A stretch of 57,837 nucleotides of DNA, counting the filler, from Bipalium vagum (taxonomy: Eukaryota): NCBI GenBank assembly GCA_037834085.1. It is 3 parts of 3 records of this genome, joined end to end, with 100 filler letters (N's around TTAATTAATTAA, not from the genome) between each part and the next. Parts side by side here need not be neighbours in the genome. Positions count along the whole stretch, not along the records: positions 1 to 17,653 come from JBBMKC010057137.1; 2 more parts are not named here. The stretch is one strand, 5' to 3'. Below the pieces are notes generated by a model, which saw only the letters and a program-made list of their open reading frames with translations, was not told where the DNA came from and made no database searches. Both the position numbers and the translations under genes were made by a program. Each line of letters begins with the position of its first letter. Positions within the stretch are counted from its first letter, which is position 1. Shown in pieces: positions 1-13,552 of the stretch.

Positions 1-530
1 AGCTATAATTCGATTACGAATTATAAGTTATTAATTAAATTAAATAAATACTAAGGATTGAACAGCTACTCCAATACTTTAGGATCAAATAATTGTTATC
101 TTTTTTATTACTTTTTAGTATTTTCTTTTTTTGTGTTGTTCACGTCCAGTAGGACGAAGAACCGAATTTTTAACTGAGGGCCCTTGAGAGTAAGATACCG
201 AAGGGTGATCTGACTTTTCTCTTAACTGTTTATCTCGGGTTTTAACTCCAAAGTAAAATTGTATTAAAAAATAAAGTTGTGAGATTTATATAAAAATATA
301 TTTTATAAAACAACATGTTAGCCTCAGTTGATCGATTAAAAGTTTATCGTTTAAAAGTTAAAAAGTTTTGCGATCAGTATTTGTTAAAAAGTTTAAAAAG
401 TTCAACTTTCGTAATCAACATTTTTATTGTCACTCAAATTTTAACTTCGAACGTCCGCACACTAAATCCTTCTGAGTTTACATAAAGTTTTGTTAAGTTC
501 CTAAAAAGTCCACTATCGATATTCCTAACC
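1..530 (+). repeat. Dispersed repeat (copy A), probable terminal region of a DNA transposon; runs off the window start
   Basis: Near-identical reverse complement at 35864-36410. Both copies stop at the same motif ...TTGTTAAGTTCCTAAAAAGTCCACTATCGATATTCCTAACC. Confidence 0.9.
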
Positions 531-659
531 GAATAAACGTAAAAAGTCCAATTTCGATATTCTTAATCATATTAAATATTAATAATCATTTTCATATTAT
601 CTTAATCTTGTGAACAATATAAATTTATTTTTCGAATATACGCCTTTTATTAAATGAAT

Positions 660-935
660 ACAAAATTTATTCAAATATATATTTTCATGAAACATGTTTA
701 TCATGAAACAGGTGATTTTCTAGTTGGTGTTTTACGCGATTTCTTCTTGGTATTTGTTTCTTGTATGGGTCCCAGTGATTGGATTTTTGAAATATTTTGA
801 TGACTGTTTGATGACTAAAAGATCCATTCTCTGGTATTCTTGAATATTCTTTCCATTCATCAATCAAATATCAATCATCCAGACATTTCTATTCACCAAA
901 AATGTCTTTCATATTCAACATAGACGGTATACCAG
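660..935 (-). mobile_element. Merlin/IS1016 (ISXO2-like DDE) transposase remnant
   Basis: ORF 685-867 reads IDEWKEYSRIPENGSFSHQTV...KKQIPRRNRVKHQLENHL, resembling the Merlin SDxWxAY...HxTVNHS motif and C-terminal helix. Degenerate. Confidence 0.6.
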
Positions 936-2772
936 TTTATAAAACGAAAATCATTAATTTTTATTAAATAACCATATTAATATATTATTAAATATTATTA
1001 TATTAAAACATTTTGAAAATTTTTAGGTTTTTAGAAGATATATTTGATCTATTTGTTAAGTTACTAAAAAGTGGCTGATTTTAAATTAAAAAGATCGAAC
1101 TTGGGCTTTTAGGTTACTTAACAAGGTACTTGATATCAGAAGGGTTTACAGATGAACGTTCAAGCACAAATTTAAAAATTACTGTCACAATGTAAAACAA
1201 ATCAAAAAGAAAAGAACGAATTTTCAATAAAAACTTTATTCGTAAAAATTTTTCACAACACCCTGAATTACAATTAATTATAAGATTAATTGTAATTCGA
1301 TCAGATATCTTTAGACAGACTTAGTCTAGTGTGCTAAAGCCCTCAGAGGTTTGCCAGGTAGCAAATAGTGCAAACTTTAAACAAAAAGAGAAGAAGAAAA
1401 ACAATAAAACTTTAATTGATCCTCGATTAAGCACCGAGTATTTACTTTGAAGGAATTTTAATTTAAACTTTAGGTCAATCGGTAGGATTGCTTAAAGGTT
1501 GTGTTTTAATAAGTTTTAAATTAATAAAATACTGCTGTGTTGATAAGATCAAACAGAGTATGTGTAAATAAATGATAATAATAACAATAATAATTACCAA
1601 CTAATATTCCTTGAAAATGGTGGCTCTCTGAATTTTTTCTATTTTTCTCTCTCTGTCGCTGTAAAATGCTGACTATTTTATCCGAGATAGAACGTGTTAG
1701 GCTCGTGTTCAATTCGTGATTAGCGGATGATTACTTACTGGTTACTGGTCGTCACATTGACCTCAGTTAACTTTTTTATATAATTTTTTTTCCAATTTAG
1801 ATATTTTTAGGAAGTACTAAAGTACTTAAATATAATTTATTGTATATTATTTTCTTATTATAAAACCTATTATTATTATTTTTTACATTTTTCTATATTT
1901 GGTAACCTAGGTTTCTAATTTTAATTTTACTACTATTTATATATATTTATTATTTAACAAATATTTTTAAATAATTTTCACTGGTTGATAAGAATAACTG
2001 TTTCCTGATATTAAATAATTTACTCATTGTTATTTTCTCTTCTTTTCTCAGTACTTCTATTCTTTTATTCAATAAATTTTTTGATGAACTTGCAAATAAT
2101 CTTCAGGTGTCAACAAATCTGAAATTCTCAATTTACTAATAAATTTTGATGTTAATTTTCCAAATAAGCCTTCAAAGAGTTATTATTTATTTTAATTTAG
2201 CAAACAATAATCTTTTATTTTTCAAATACAATGCCGTCCATATGTTTTAAGCCATCACTATAATTTCCATAAAATGATGGATATATAATACTATAAGTAC
2301 TTTTATTCAGTCTTCATTTAATTATATGAGAGAATATATTTAAGTACATGTTTCCAATCAAAAATTTCCAAACTTAAAATCTTCTAGTGCATTCCTATAA
2401 ACATTCTTAATAGAGTCAGTCAGTAAAAATAATTTAAGAAATATTAGGTCATAGTTAAGAAACTCATTTTTATATTATGTATAAGAATTAATGTATATTA
2501 ATGTATATTAATGTATTATATTAAGACCAATTTTATAAAAATAATTTTTATTCCAATTAAAAATTTAAAATACTATTTTATAATTTATGATTTAAATTAT
2601 TTTAAAATATGGTAGGACATTTAAATTTAAACTTTTAAATAAAAAATTTTTCAATTAACTTGATTTTTCTTTGTTAGTTTCTTTATTAATATTGTTTTAG
2701 TTATTCGAAGGAGCGCCATATTGGTCATTTCTTTGCCTAGATTTCATTACCAAATTATATTTTTTCTAGGAT

Positions 2773-2839
2773 ATAATTGAAAGACACGGGTAGTGAGATA
2801 TGCTTGCTTTATCTCTGTATTCGTGTCTTTCATAATTAT
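2773..2839 (+). ncRNA. mir-71: microRNA precursor mir-71 (mature 5p TGAAAGACACGGGTAGTGAGAT at 2778-2799)
   Basis: Canonical miR-71 seed GAAAGAC. The 3' arm TATCTCTGTATTCGTGTCTTTCA pairs with the mature arm to form a ~65-nt hairpin. Directly upstream of mir-2, as in protostome clusters. Confidence 0.95.
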
Positions 2840-2869
2840 TCAGAATGTTCATCAATGTTATTCAATTTA

Positions 2870-2933
2870 TAGAGTTCTACGGTGTTGTGATATATAGATT
2901 ATTGCTATATCACAGCCCCGCTTGGAACGCTAG
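2870..2933 (+). ncRNA. mir-2: microRNA precursor mir-2 (mature 3p TATCACAGCCCCGCTTGGAACGCT at 2908-2931)
   Basis: Canonical miR-2 seed ATCACAG. The 5' arm GTTCTACGGTGTTGTGATATA pairs with the mature arm. Mature sequence resembles planarian miR-2a (from memory, unverified). Confidence 0.95.
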
Positions 2934-5543
2934 AATATGAATTTTCGTCATTCCATGCTGAATTTCGATTTTCGAATGTTCAATATTTATGTTAAGAACT
3001 ATTTTTATTTTCTTATTTTATACTTATATTAAATTCAGCTCTTGATATAAACTGCTTGCAATAATCATGATGCTTCCCTATTTGTAAGTTTTTATTTTAA
3101 AACTGTTTCTTATTATCTTCAAGTTGTCCTTAAATTCTTTTTAAAGTTAAATTCAATTTTTTAGGCTTGAAACATGGAAGGAAATTGTGTAAAAATTATT
3201 ATAAACCCACTTTATATTTCCTAGAAAGTCAGGCCAATTTCAATATTCAATTTTTCTTTACTCTAAAGGTATTTGTATGTTGACAATTCAAAAAACAAAG
3301 CTGTGAAAAAAACACCGAAACAGTTCTTGTTTTAAAGAGCTTATTAAAGATTGAAATATAAGGTTAAAACGATACTTAACACGGTAATTTGAAAAATACG
3401 AAATAAAGTATCATATTTATTGTCTCATTTTTAAAAGCCGTTTGACGTGATTCTTACATATTTTATCAATATTTTTATTCATATTAGATAATCTCGTTCC
3501 ATTTTTGTGCAGTTATTTTCACTGCAGTTATTTTTCACTGTCTTATTGCAATATTGATTTGCACAAGACCTCGGCGACAATATGCCATATATATTACATA
3601 ACTATATATCTCAATCTTAAAAGTAAATTGCAAGAGAGATTGAATAATTAAGCTATCGTATGGCGGTTTTATTGACACAGGAAAGAACCCTTAAAGTTAT
3701 GTAGGAAAAGGATAATATTAATGAAATGTGTATTTTCAAAAACAATGTGCATTCCAAGTGGGAAATCGATAATTTTATTGATTTATGAGTCATTTTTATA
3801 ATTTACTGGGAAAATTTAAGTATCAAGCAATCTAAAATTTAATATTTGATGAGTAAAAGTTGGAAATAGAATTTTCAACGTTACATAATTGTTTCAAAGT
3901 CATGTGTGGTGAATGGAACCAGTATTTCATTGTTTTAAAACATGAAAAAATGTATTAGGCATCGTCTTTGTGCTTTGTTTTCAGGCAATCACAATAGGGA
4001 ACGGTACTATCCAGCTTATTACTATGATTCAGAATTACTAAATAAATGAATAATGCAATGTACATTACACAGCGACCAATGTAGATTGTCTTAAAAGGTG
4101 TTTCAAAAAGTATTTTATTTTATGGAAATAGTAATATTCAGATAATTTGTTTTAATGTTAATTTAGTCAGGGTTTCCTTTAAGAGTGATTAAACTATTAT
4201 TTCGCATATTAATTTTTTGTATCTCGAAGATGCACATGATTTGTTCAAATGGTGGGTTGGATCTCACTTAATATTTTTGAAATTGAAGTCATTTCAACAA
4301 ATGCCTTAGTATTTTCATTTACTTTCCCATGAAAAATTGCATAATTTTCGATGCACTATTTTTTTACTGTTATATTTTAACCAGATTTTATGGTTTGTCT
4401 TAGTTTATCAAGTTTAACAATGGGTCAACCTCACGTAAGGATAGTATAATTTAAAAACAAAAGGCGGTCGAATTTAAATTTTGATATCTCACCGACATTC
4501 GTCATTTTAAAAATCTTCGATACAGCCAAACGTAATATAAGGTTTACTGTATGGAAGTGTTTGAAAATAATGGGCATTTGCGTTTATTACTATGTTTGTT
4601 TTATTTTAAGTCGATATTGTAATTGAACTGAAATCATGAGTGAGTAAAAGTTGAATTTAAATAAAGTTTTAACAAATTGATTTCAATATTTACCAATCAT
4701 CAGTTTGATATTCACATTTACGGATTCCCTAATTAAATCACCAATCATATTTTATACCTGAAATAATAATAATTCTTCGTACTCCATTTTCATTTTATAC
4801 CTCAGATAATATAAAATAATATTTATCCGTTAAACAAAATTTTATAAAATCAAATAAATTTTAGACAATGTCTGTTTTATGGGGCTCAAACTCTTACAGA
4901 GCATATGGTATAAATGTTTAATTTTTAAAAGATAAATGAACACTAAGCAACTATTTGGAGTAATAAAAGTAAATCAATAATTCTTCTTATTCGCTTAAAT
5001 TTCTTCATTCTTTAAAGAAAATGAAAGCCCAATGAAAAGAAAATTCTGATAAAAAAGAAGTAATAAATCTAAAACTTTAATATATTTATAGACTTAGTTA
5101 CACAAATATCAAATTGTTTTTCATTAGACAGTTCATGCACGGTGTTTTGGAAAGATAATTATGTTTTAGTTCCGTATAACTGAATGTATTTTAAATTAAT
5201 GTTTATGACATAATTATTATTTCTATTTAAATTAATTTTTATTATAATTACTGAAAAAATTAAAAATTCCATACAATAAGACAAAAATTTACAAGTCTAA
5301 CTTTGGATAAGCGCTTCAATTTTGTAAAGAATTAAGATGAATCCATTTTAAACGTGTTAAAATAATAAAAATTGTAAAATGGTGAAAATAATAATAATTT
5401 TTGGAAGAAAACAAAAATTTTTTAATAAAATGTTTTAGATTTACATGAGTAAATCTGTAAAAATTTCATGTAATTATACTCATCAGCAAAACTTGTTTAA
5501 ATTAGCAAAATAACAGTAATAATGATTTTATTTATTACAATCC

Positions 5544-6450
5544 TTATTCAACATAAAGACTGGTGACAAGGATAAGAGATATAAAGATTATAACAAATGA
5601 TGTCTTCAAGCTAATGCTTGCACCATGCCAGTGTTTTTTCCTATTTTTTGTTTTGTGAAATTTGTGAAATTTAGATTTGATTTTGTGAAGAGAGTTTTGA
5701 AGGTCCATTAATTTCTCATATATTTGGTGAAATACTTTCACATCTTTCTCATTAATTATCTGACCGTACGGGCTATTTTCACTTCTGTTTATTTCCCTTT
5801 TGACTATTTTCAAAATTTTCATTTTATATTTAGCATTTTTCTTCTTAATTTTTAATATTTTCATAAAAATTTCTTTTTTCTCGTCCAGTTTGCTTGATGC
5901 TAAAATCTTAAGAATATTTTCTATTGTTAAATCATTTTTAGCCAATTGATATATCATACGTTTTAAGAAACGGTGTGTGGATAATTTGGATAAGCTAATT
6001 TTTATGGGAGGACTGATGATATTTGTTTTATTGAATGCTTCTGAGCTCAATTGCTTGAATAACTCGTTCGATTTTTGATCTTGGGACACTTTTTTATAAT
6101 TTACCCTTTCTTCGTTGATTTTTTGTGAGGATTGTTTCTCTTTATGTGATTTTTCATTGTTTTTATTATTTGCACCTTTGACTTCAGTTATTTCCGAAGG
6201 AGACTTGTGGGTTGGAATTGAATTAAAGTTCAAATTAACAGAATTGTTTTTTGAATAAACATTCATTAATTTTTTTAGTTCAGAATTTGTAATTTGGATT
6301 TTCTTATCATTTTTATCACGTACATTGATCTTTGACTGGAAAATTTTAAAAATTAAATTAAATTAATTCTCTAATTATTCATAAATTTACCTGCTTTGAT
6401 TTTTGTTTTAATTTCAAATTTAGCAACTGTTTTTTGTAACTGATAACGTT
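5544..6450 (-). CDS. Lys/Asn-rich orphan protein with C-terminal hydrophobic segment (tail anchor or GPI signal); 5' end unresolved
   Basis: Last exon 6335-5544 is open for 264 codons. An upstream exon 6450-6391 joins in phase 0 via a GT-AG intron. Ends ...SFVIIFISLILVTSLYVE*. Confidence 0.55.
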
Positions 6451-6758
6451 CTATAAAAAGTGTAATAATAAAATAAAATATTGGAAAAATAAAGTTTAAT
6501 AAAATGTTACCATCATCCAATCTTTAAGTTTTTCTTTTGTGATAATTGTGGTAATGTTATTTTTGTTAAAACTTTAAAATAATAATACAATATTTTTCAT
6601 GTAACTTAATCCACGTTTCATATAATATAATCAATGTTTCATATTTTTAAATGTTTTTTTAATTTAAAAATGTTATCCTAAATTTAAATTCAAAATAGAG
6701 ATATTTTAAAATTTTTCCTATTTATAAAATAATTTTATCATTTCCTAAAATTAGAAAT

Positions 6759-7330
6759 ATGTCAATGCAAGAAAACAAAGGGAAAGAAAAAAATTCTATA
6801 GGAAATGAGTTACGAAACGAAATAATTCGGAAACATGAAAGTATAAAAGCGATTGTTGATATTTCCTGTGATTTTGATAAGAAATAAAAAACCGTTGCCA
6901 GTATAATAAGACTTTATAATAAAACTGGAAGAATTGATAAAATTGCTGTCAGATCGCCGAAAGCAAAAAAAATATAATATAGTAACTCAATGCGAATATA
7001 CTCGTTTCTTTACTACAAAAGATGAGGACAATATAATTTTACAGTCGATTTGGAATCAGCTGCTCTACCCGGAAATCATATGGTAGAAGTGAGAAAGGAG
7101 AGTAAGCCAGAAAAACAGTTGCAACAGTTAGGTCAAACAATTATTCGACATGTGGTGCAATAAACAAAAGAGGTTTGATATATTCCGAAACTGTTAAAGC
7201 AGCATACAACTCGGAAAAATATTCTAATTTTATAATAAAACTAATTAATATACAAAATACTTTAGGACTAAGAAATCAAATATTTATAATGGATAATGCA
7301 TTTTATTAAGAAAGAACGCTTGAAAATCAG
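6759..7330 (+). mobile_element. IS630/Tc1-like transposase remnant
   Basis: Fragmentary translations NELRNEIIRKH (HTH), CGAINKRG and IFIMDNA; many stops and frameshifts. Confidence 0.55.
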
Positions 7331-7949
7331 TTTGTAAAAATGTTGTCAGAACTATAAGGTTTAGACGAAATTTTAATTATTAGAAATTAGAAAATATTAC
7401 ATTTTGATGTTTTTCACAAATAGAAAAAAACTCGCAATATATTATGAATACATTTAATTAATTGTCCTTCTAAAAAGGAATATTTAAACTTTATCATAAA
7501 ATTTATTTTCCTTTAAATCTGAATTTTCAAAATTTTCTGTTTAAATTTTACTTTAAAATTATTTTCACTAAAATTGATAGTGAAGTTAATTATTTTAGAC
7601 TATCAAATTGATTTTAAAAGATTAGGATATTCAATTTAACAGATATATAGATGAGAAGTTCATTGTAATCTCTTTTATAGATTGTATATTGATAAAACTT
7701 TAGTCATTTTCTGACGAGATCGGTACACATTTTTTAATTCCCTAAAAGTAAATTTTTTATAAGATAATTAATTAATACCCAAGCCACTAATTAACAATAA
7801 AAACGATAGAGGATTTTTAAAAAGTAAATAATTTTAATATATTATCAGGCCTACAAGTTGAAAAATCACAATATAACCGAAAATTTTGTCTTAAATGAGT
7901 AAAATTAATGATAATCGCTAATTAGTATATACTAATTATATATATAAAA

Positions 7950-8597
7950 ATCTCAGATGAAAGGATTTTCTATGTGGATGAAAAAGTGAACAGAAGCAAT
8001 GATCGGTAGTTTGCTGAAAGACCTAAGAATGTGCTTGTCGTAGGAAAGACCAAATTTCAAACTATTGACCATGTCCTCAGTGTGATTTCGAGTGAAGGCG
8101 ATGCTATGCCACCATTCTTTTTTCATAAGAGTCACAAAATCAACAAGGATGTTTATTTGAATGTTTTGATCACTACAGTAAAACCCTGGTTGAAGACTGT
8201 GATCTTAGGAAGTCCATATGTGTTTCAACAAGATGGTTTGCTCATACAAGTCGATTAGTTCAAAGCTGATTGCAAACAATGTTGATATGTTTTGATCAAC
8301 AGATTTATGGCCTCCTAAAAGTCCAGATCTAAGCCCCCTGGACTATCACATGTGTGGCGTAATTGAAAGACAGACAAATAAGTTTCGGCATCCTAATACC
8401 GATTTTCTTCGGACTGTTATTGATGCTGAATTCAGAATTATTAACCATTAGCATCAAAGGAAAGAAATGATGACTATAGCAGAATAAGTTATAAATAAAA
8501 AAATTCTATTAGTATTCACTTTGTTTATTTTACTATGATAAATATATAACTTTGTCAAAAAATGTATTTTGTCCGGATTCTAGCGCTGCACCCAGTA
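7950..8597 (+). mobile_element. maT/DD37D-type Tc1/mariner remnant (3' half with TIR)
   Basis: SDERIFYVD, YVFQQDG and WPPKSPDLSPLDY motifs; ends in TIR-like ...GCGCTGCACCCAGTA. Confidence 0.75.
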
Positions 8598-8659
8598 CAA
8601 ATATTTTTTTTCTTTTAAAATTTCAAACAAATGTGAAAAATTCAAATGACATCCTAAAA

Positions 8660-9080
8660 TTTCATATTTGGCATTATTTATTATTTACCTTCAATTGAAG
8701 AAAACTGTACACGAGGCTTTAGGTGAAGGCACAACTATAAAATAAAAAATGGTTTTGCAGATTCAGAATAGAAAATATGGATTTTTCAGATGCCGAACTC
8801 TTGGTAACTTAAAAAATTTTAGATGAAGAACTTAAGAATTTTTTGGCTGAAAAATAATGTAGGACACAAGCAGAACTCAGTGTACAATTCTGATTTACAC
8901 AACAGATAATATTACACAGACAGTTAAGTTAAATATCTTAAACAGTTAAGAAGAGTTCAAAAAGCTTGCAGATGAGTGCCTCATAGTCTTACTATAGAGA
9001 ACGAAAATACGATATAAAAATGAAGTATTCCTCATAACAAAATTTAAGAAGGACTTTGTACAGGCGATGAAAAAAAATTG
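8660..9080 (+). mobile_element. mariner transposase remnant (5' part)
   Basis: Degenerate EALGEG...WF.RF, (W)VPHSLT and TGDEK motifs. Confidence 0.55.
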
Positions 9081-9369
9081 TGATATAAGATTATAAATTC
9101 AATTACTCCAATAATTATCCGTACGTTTATATTGCAAATAATAAATAACAAGTAAAGAAAAAATGTTAGAATATTTTTAAAAGGCTATTGTTTCTAAGTT
9201 GATAGCTAATGCTGCATATTTAAAAAAGAATAATAGGATGAGAACAGTTTGTTTTACAAATATAAGCATAATTATTTGAAAAGTTTGAAAATAAGTGACA
9301 CAAAAATATCCGTACGAATATGTTTATGTGAAGCAGACAAACAATTAGTAACAACATTTTATTCTTAAT

Positions 9370-10500
9370 AATTAATTGGCCCACCATTATTCTTAATGAT
9401 TATGTCACAGTGCATATTTTAGAACTGACCACGTTATTACAAAAATCTGGAGTAATTTTTTGCCATTCTTCCAAGATGCACCTTTTTAGCATGGTTTTCC
9501 CAGTAATTTGCCTCTTCTTCAGCTTTCTATTCAAAAGAACCCATAAATTTTCAATTGGGTGCATATCAGGTGATTGCCCAATCCATTTCGAAACATTTAT
9601 ACCTGATTCATGAAGCCAATGAGTAATAATTTTGGCCGTATGCTTCGGGTCTCTGTCATGTTGGAATTTGAAGTCAGTCTCAAGACAACAAATTATCTTT
9701 TAAAATTTTTAAATAATCTTGCTTATACATTAATCCATCAATGAAGACTAAGTTTCCAACTTCAACTTGAAAAACATCCCCAAACCCTTCACCGTCGAAC
9801 TATGGCATTCTAATTTCATTTCTTCTCCAGGTTATAGCCAAACACTAACCCTTCCATCCGACCCAAAAACGTTAATTATATATTTGTCAGACCAAAAGAC
9901 TCTATTTGAGTCGATCGAATGGTTCAGAAGTTCTTAGATCCATGTAACACGGGTTTTTTATTATTATTTGAAATTAATGATTTTATTCGTGCCATCCTCC
10001 AACGAAACCCTATCTCTGAAAAACGATTTCTCACAGTTGACGAGGAAATTGATTTGCAATTGTCAGTTTTTAATTTCTATGCTTACTTTTTCCTCCGATT
10101 TTTTTCATAATTCTTTGAATTATTCTATCTTCTTTGATTGTTGTTAGTCTTGGTCTTCTTCGCCTAGTATTTACGCTGCTATCACGAGAAAATGTTTCCA
10201 AAATATACATTGATGCTAGATTTTGGACATTTAAGAATGTCTGATATTTGACCGAGACTACATATTTCTTTTCTTAATTTAACAAAGAGATTTTGGAAGT
10301 CTGTAGAGTTTGACCCATTCAAATAATCAATTCTGAAATAGATTTAGAAATCCTATGAAAACCTTGTAAAGCTATATAAATTAAAAATCTCCTACTTTTA
10401 TTCACACAATTAAAACGTTTAAACAATAATTCTTTTGTAAGATTTAACATAAATATAATACTATTTCCTTAAAAAGTTAAGGTCGTACGGATAATTATTG
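9370..10500 (-). mobile_element. Tc1-like transposon remnant
   Basis: Minus strand gives FQHDRDPKHTAK and WIGQSPDMHPIENLW (DD34E) and an N-terminal HTH region; CCGTACG-containing repeats occur near both ends. Confidence 0.8.
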
Positions 10501-10779
10501 TATATTAATAATCAGAAAAGATTTTAATTTAGAAAATTTAGAAATTTTCATTTTTAAAAATCTACACCAACCTTTATAAATAAACGCATTAATAATGATA
10601 GTATTATAAACGCCAAAAACTTTTTTAATACCCGAATTTAAAAAAAATACTTTTATATAAGAAAACCAAAACTTATTATTTGACAAGAATTATCAAAAAA
10701 ATATTCAAAAATCCAAGTTATATTTTTTAGAAAGCTGTCTTCTTTTATCTTTCTTCTTTAAGTAAACAATATTCTTAAT

Positions 10780-12330
10780 AAAAATAATATTAAAAAAGAT
10801 TAATATGCCAATTAGAAATTAGAAAATCAAGACTAAGTTTGAATTCAAACATTTTCTACATGATGGGTATTAATATTGTAAGTCTTGTCTAGTTACAGGC
10901 AGTTTCAGAGGGCTGAGAAAGGGAATAAGAATAAAACAGATCAAAAGACATTTAAATATCAATTTAGACTAAAAACTATTTTTAACATAAAACTAATGAA
11001 CAAAAGGACATATGAATCCCTGTCAAAGGGTCTGGGAAAAATGATTATATCTTTCAAATGTTGATGATGTGTCTCACTATGTTATTGAAACTTAACGCAA
11101 AATCAAAATAATTGTGAAATTTTTAAGGAGCAAAATGCAAACTAAAAAGTATGATTTTTAGTATGAGGACTTATCACAGTCAAGACTCAGGTCTAATAGA
11201 ACAATTAAATTCCATTGTTCTAGTACATTGATCTATGCGTTTCTCTTTGGAAGAATAAAGATGTTAAAAAATCATAGACGAATTTAGTATGAGACAATTA
11301 TTGGAATTTGGTACAAAAGGCATTTCATTGTTACTCAACAATGAATGGTACACGTAAAGAAACTGGGTTGCTATGGGATCACTTTTAGGACCAACGTTGG
11401 CTTCTTTAGGTAAAGATAGCTTAGAAAATAAAATAAAAGATTTTAATGGAAATAAATGATTAATGTATAAACGTTATGTTGACGATGTATTCCTAATATT
11501 CAAAAAGGAAGAAGAAATTGATCAATATCCTAAATTCACAATTGAAAAGTAAAAATAGAAGAACAATACATTGAAAACATCAATTTACAGGAAAAATACG
11601 GATACCGGCTTATACACATCTGATAACAGCTACTGTGAGGAAAGGTATAAAAATAGTTAAATGAAAGAATTAATACTCAGAGTTTGGTCTTTAACATCAG
11701 ACCAATTCGACATCGAATTGAAGGGACTTAAAATTTGGTTTTAAAAATGCGTATCCAGATTGGAAAATCGAAAAGTAGATAGGGGTTACTGTGGATAAAT
11801 TTATGAATAGCAAAGAATCCAATATAAAAAAAGAGGAAGGAAACAAGTGTATATAAGAAAATTGTTAAAATTCCATATTCAAGTGGATTCAACAATTTTA
11901 AAATTTAAACATTGCAGATCATAAATAAAGACAACTTAAAGGTAATAACTGTAACTGCAAAGACGAAGAATTTTTTACAATCCAAAACAGTAAGTCCAAA
12001 ACCAATGCAAACTAATAACATGTAAAAATGTCAATGTAATTGATGTGGTCACTATACAAAGGGGAGGCAAAACCTCACCTCAAAACTCGAATTAGTGAGG
12101 TTTTTAAAATAAATTTAGAACAAGGAAAGTGTTGGAATATACTGCTTTTTGCAAAGAAAGGTAGGGAAATAAATATGCCAATGAAAATGAATTTTTTATA
12201 GTAATGAACAGCTGTGATAATGATGAAGAAAGTAAAATATGCGAATCATTAGTAATTAAAAATTGAAACCAGAAATTAATTCACAAAACGGAGAAAGCAG
12301 AAATCAATGGATGATTAATATTTTCTTAAA
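10780..12330 (+). mobile_element. Penelope-like retroelement remnant (RT + GIY-YIG endonuclease)
   Basis: AMGSLLGPTLA (~11370), YKRYVDDVFLIF (YVDD at 11475-11486), KFTIE, TSIYRKNTDTGLY, and GIY-YIG-like YKGEAKPHLKTRISE (~12054-12100); multiple stops. Confidence 0.85.
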
Positions 12331-12389
12331 TTAATAATATAAGAATATAATAATGTAAGAATTTGTAAACACGCTTTTAAATAATTAAT

Positions 12390-13353
12390 AGTTTTCATTT
12401 TACGGAATTTGTACTTGAAAAAAAACTTATGCGGGAAACATTGCTTTTCCTATTTCATTTAAAGGAAAATGCTAGTGATGCGCATAAATCTCAAATACAA
12501 TTAGTTGTATCACTGAATGTTACTCAACAAGCTATTTTAAAACGTTTGAGTGATATGGGAAAGATTCAGAAGGAAAGAAAGTGGGTTTCTTTTTAAATAT
12601 CGGAAAAAAATAAAAAGCAGCGGATAACCAATTGCAACATTTTGATCGAAAAGAATAAAAGAAAATCATTCTTGCATCGCATAATTACAGGAGATGAAAA
12701 GAGGATCTATTTCAGCAATCCCTAACGTAAAAGATCGTGGTTTGGTCTAGGAGAACCGACAAATTCAACAGAAGAACTGGATATTCATGAGGAAAAGGTG
12801 CTTCTATGCTTATGGTTGGATCATAACGGTATTTTATATCATGTGTTACTGAAAGTTAGTGAAACAATTAATGCTACCAGTTATGAACACCAAGCTTATA
12901 TGATTAAACAAAGAAATCATTGTCAAAAGGCTAGAATGGGTTGAGAGACATAACGAGGTAATATTGTTCCATGACAACGCTCGGCTTCATATTGCAAAAA
13001 CCATTGTGAGACGATAAAACAGCTGAAATAGGATGATTTACCCCACCCGCCATGTTCTCCAGATATCGTTCTATCAGATTAATACTTTTTCTTTTCGATG
13101 GCACACTATCTGTCAGAGCAGAGTTTCAAAAATTATGAGGAGGTCCAAATGTGACTGAACGAGTGGGTCTGCACCAAACCAAAATAAAATTTTCATGGTG
13201 GTATTCATGATCTGCCAAAACTTTGGAAGGATGTTGTTATGAATGATGGGAATTATTCTACATAAATATTTTTTATGTAATTGCTTTCTTTTTTTATATA
13301 TAGAATTTTTTAAAAATAGGTTAAAACGGCAAAATCAAGTTTGTAGACTTAAT
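12390..13353 (+). mobile_element. mariner (DD34D) element, decayed
   Basis: FLHRIITGDEK, LFHDNAR and LPHPPCSPDI..SD motifs; 3' TIR-like end ...AAGTTTGTAGACTTAATA. Confidence 0.9.
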
Positions 13354-13552
13354 ATATATGTTATAATATTGGTTGTTTAAAAGATATAAAAAGATATGGT
13401 TTTATGTATTTCTTGGTAATGTTTTACATCACATAAGATTAATATATGTAGCCAAGTAAAATTATAAATATTTTAATATAATATAATATTAATATTTTTG
13501 ATTGGTTAATTTCTTTATAGTGAAGATAATATAAATATTTTTATTTAATTAT

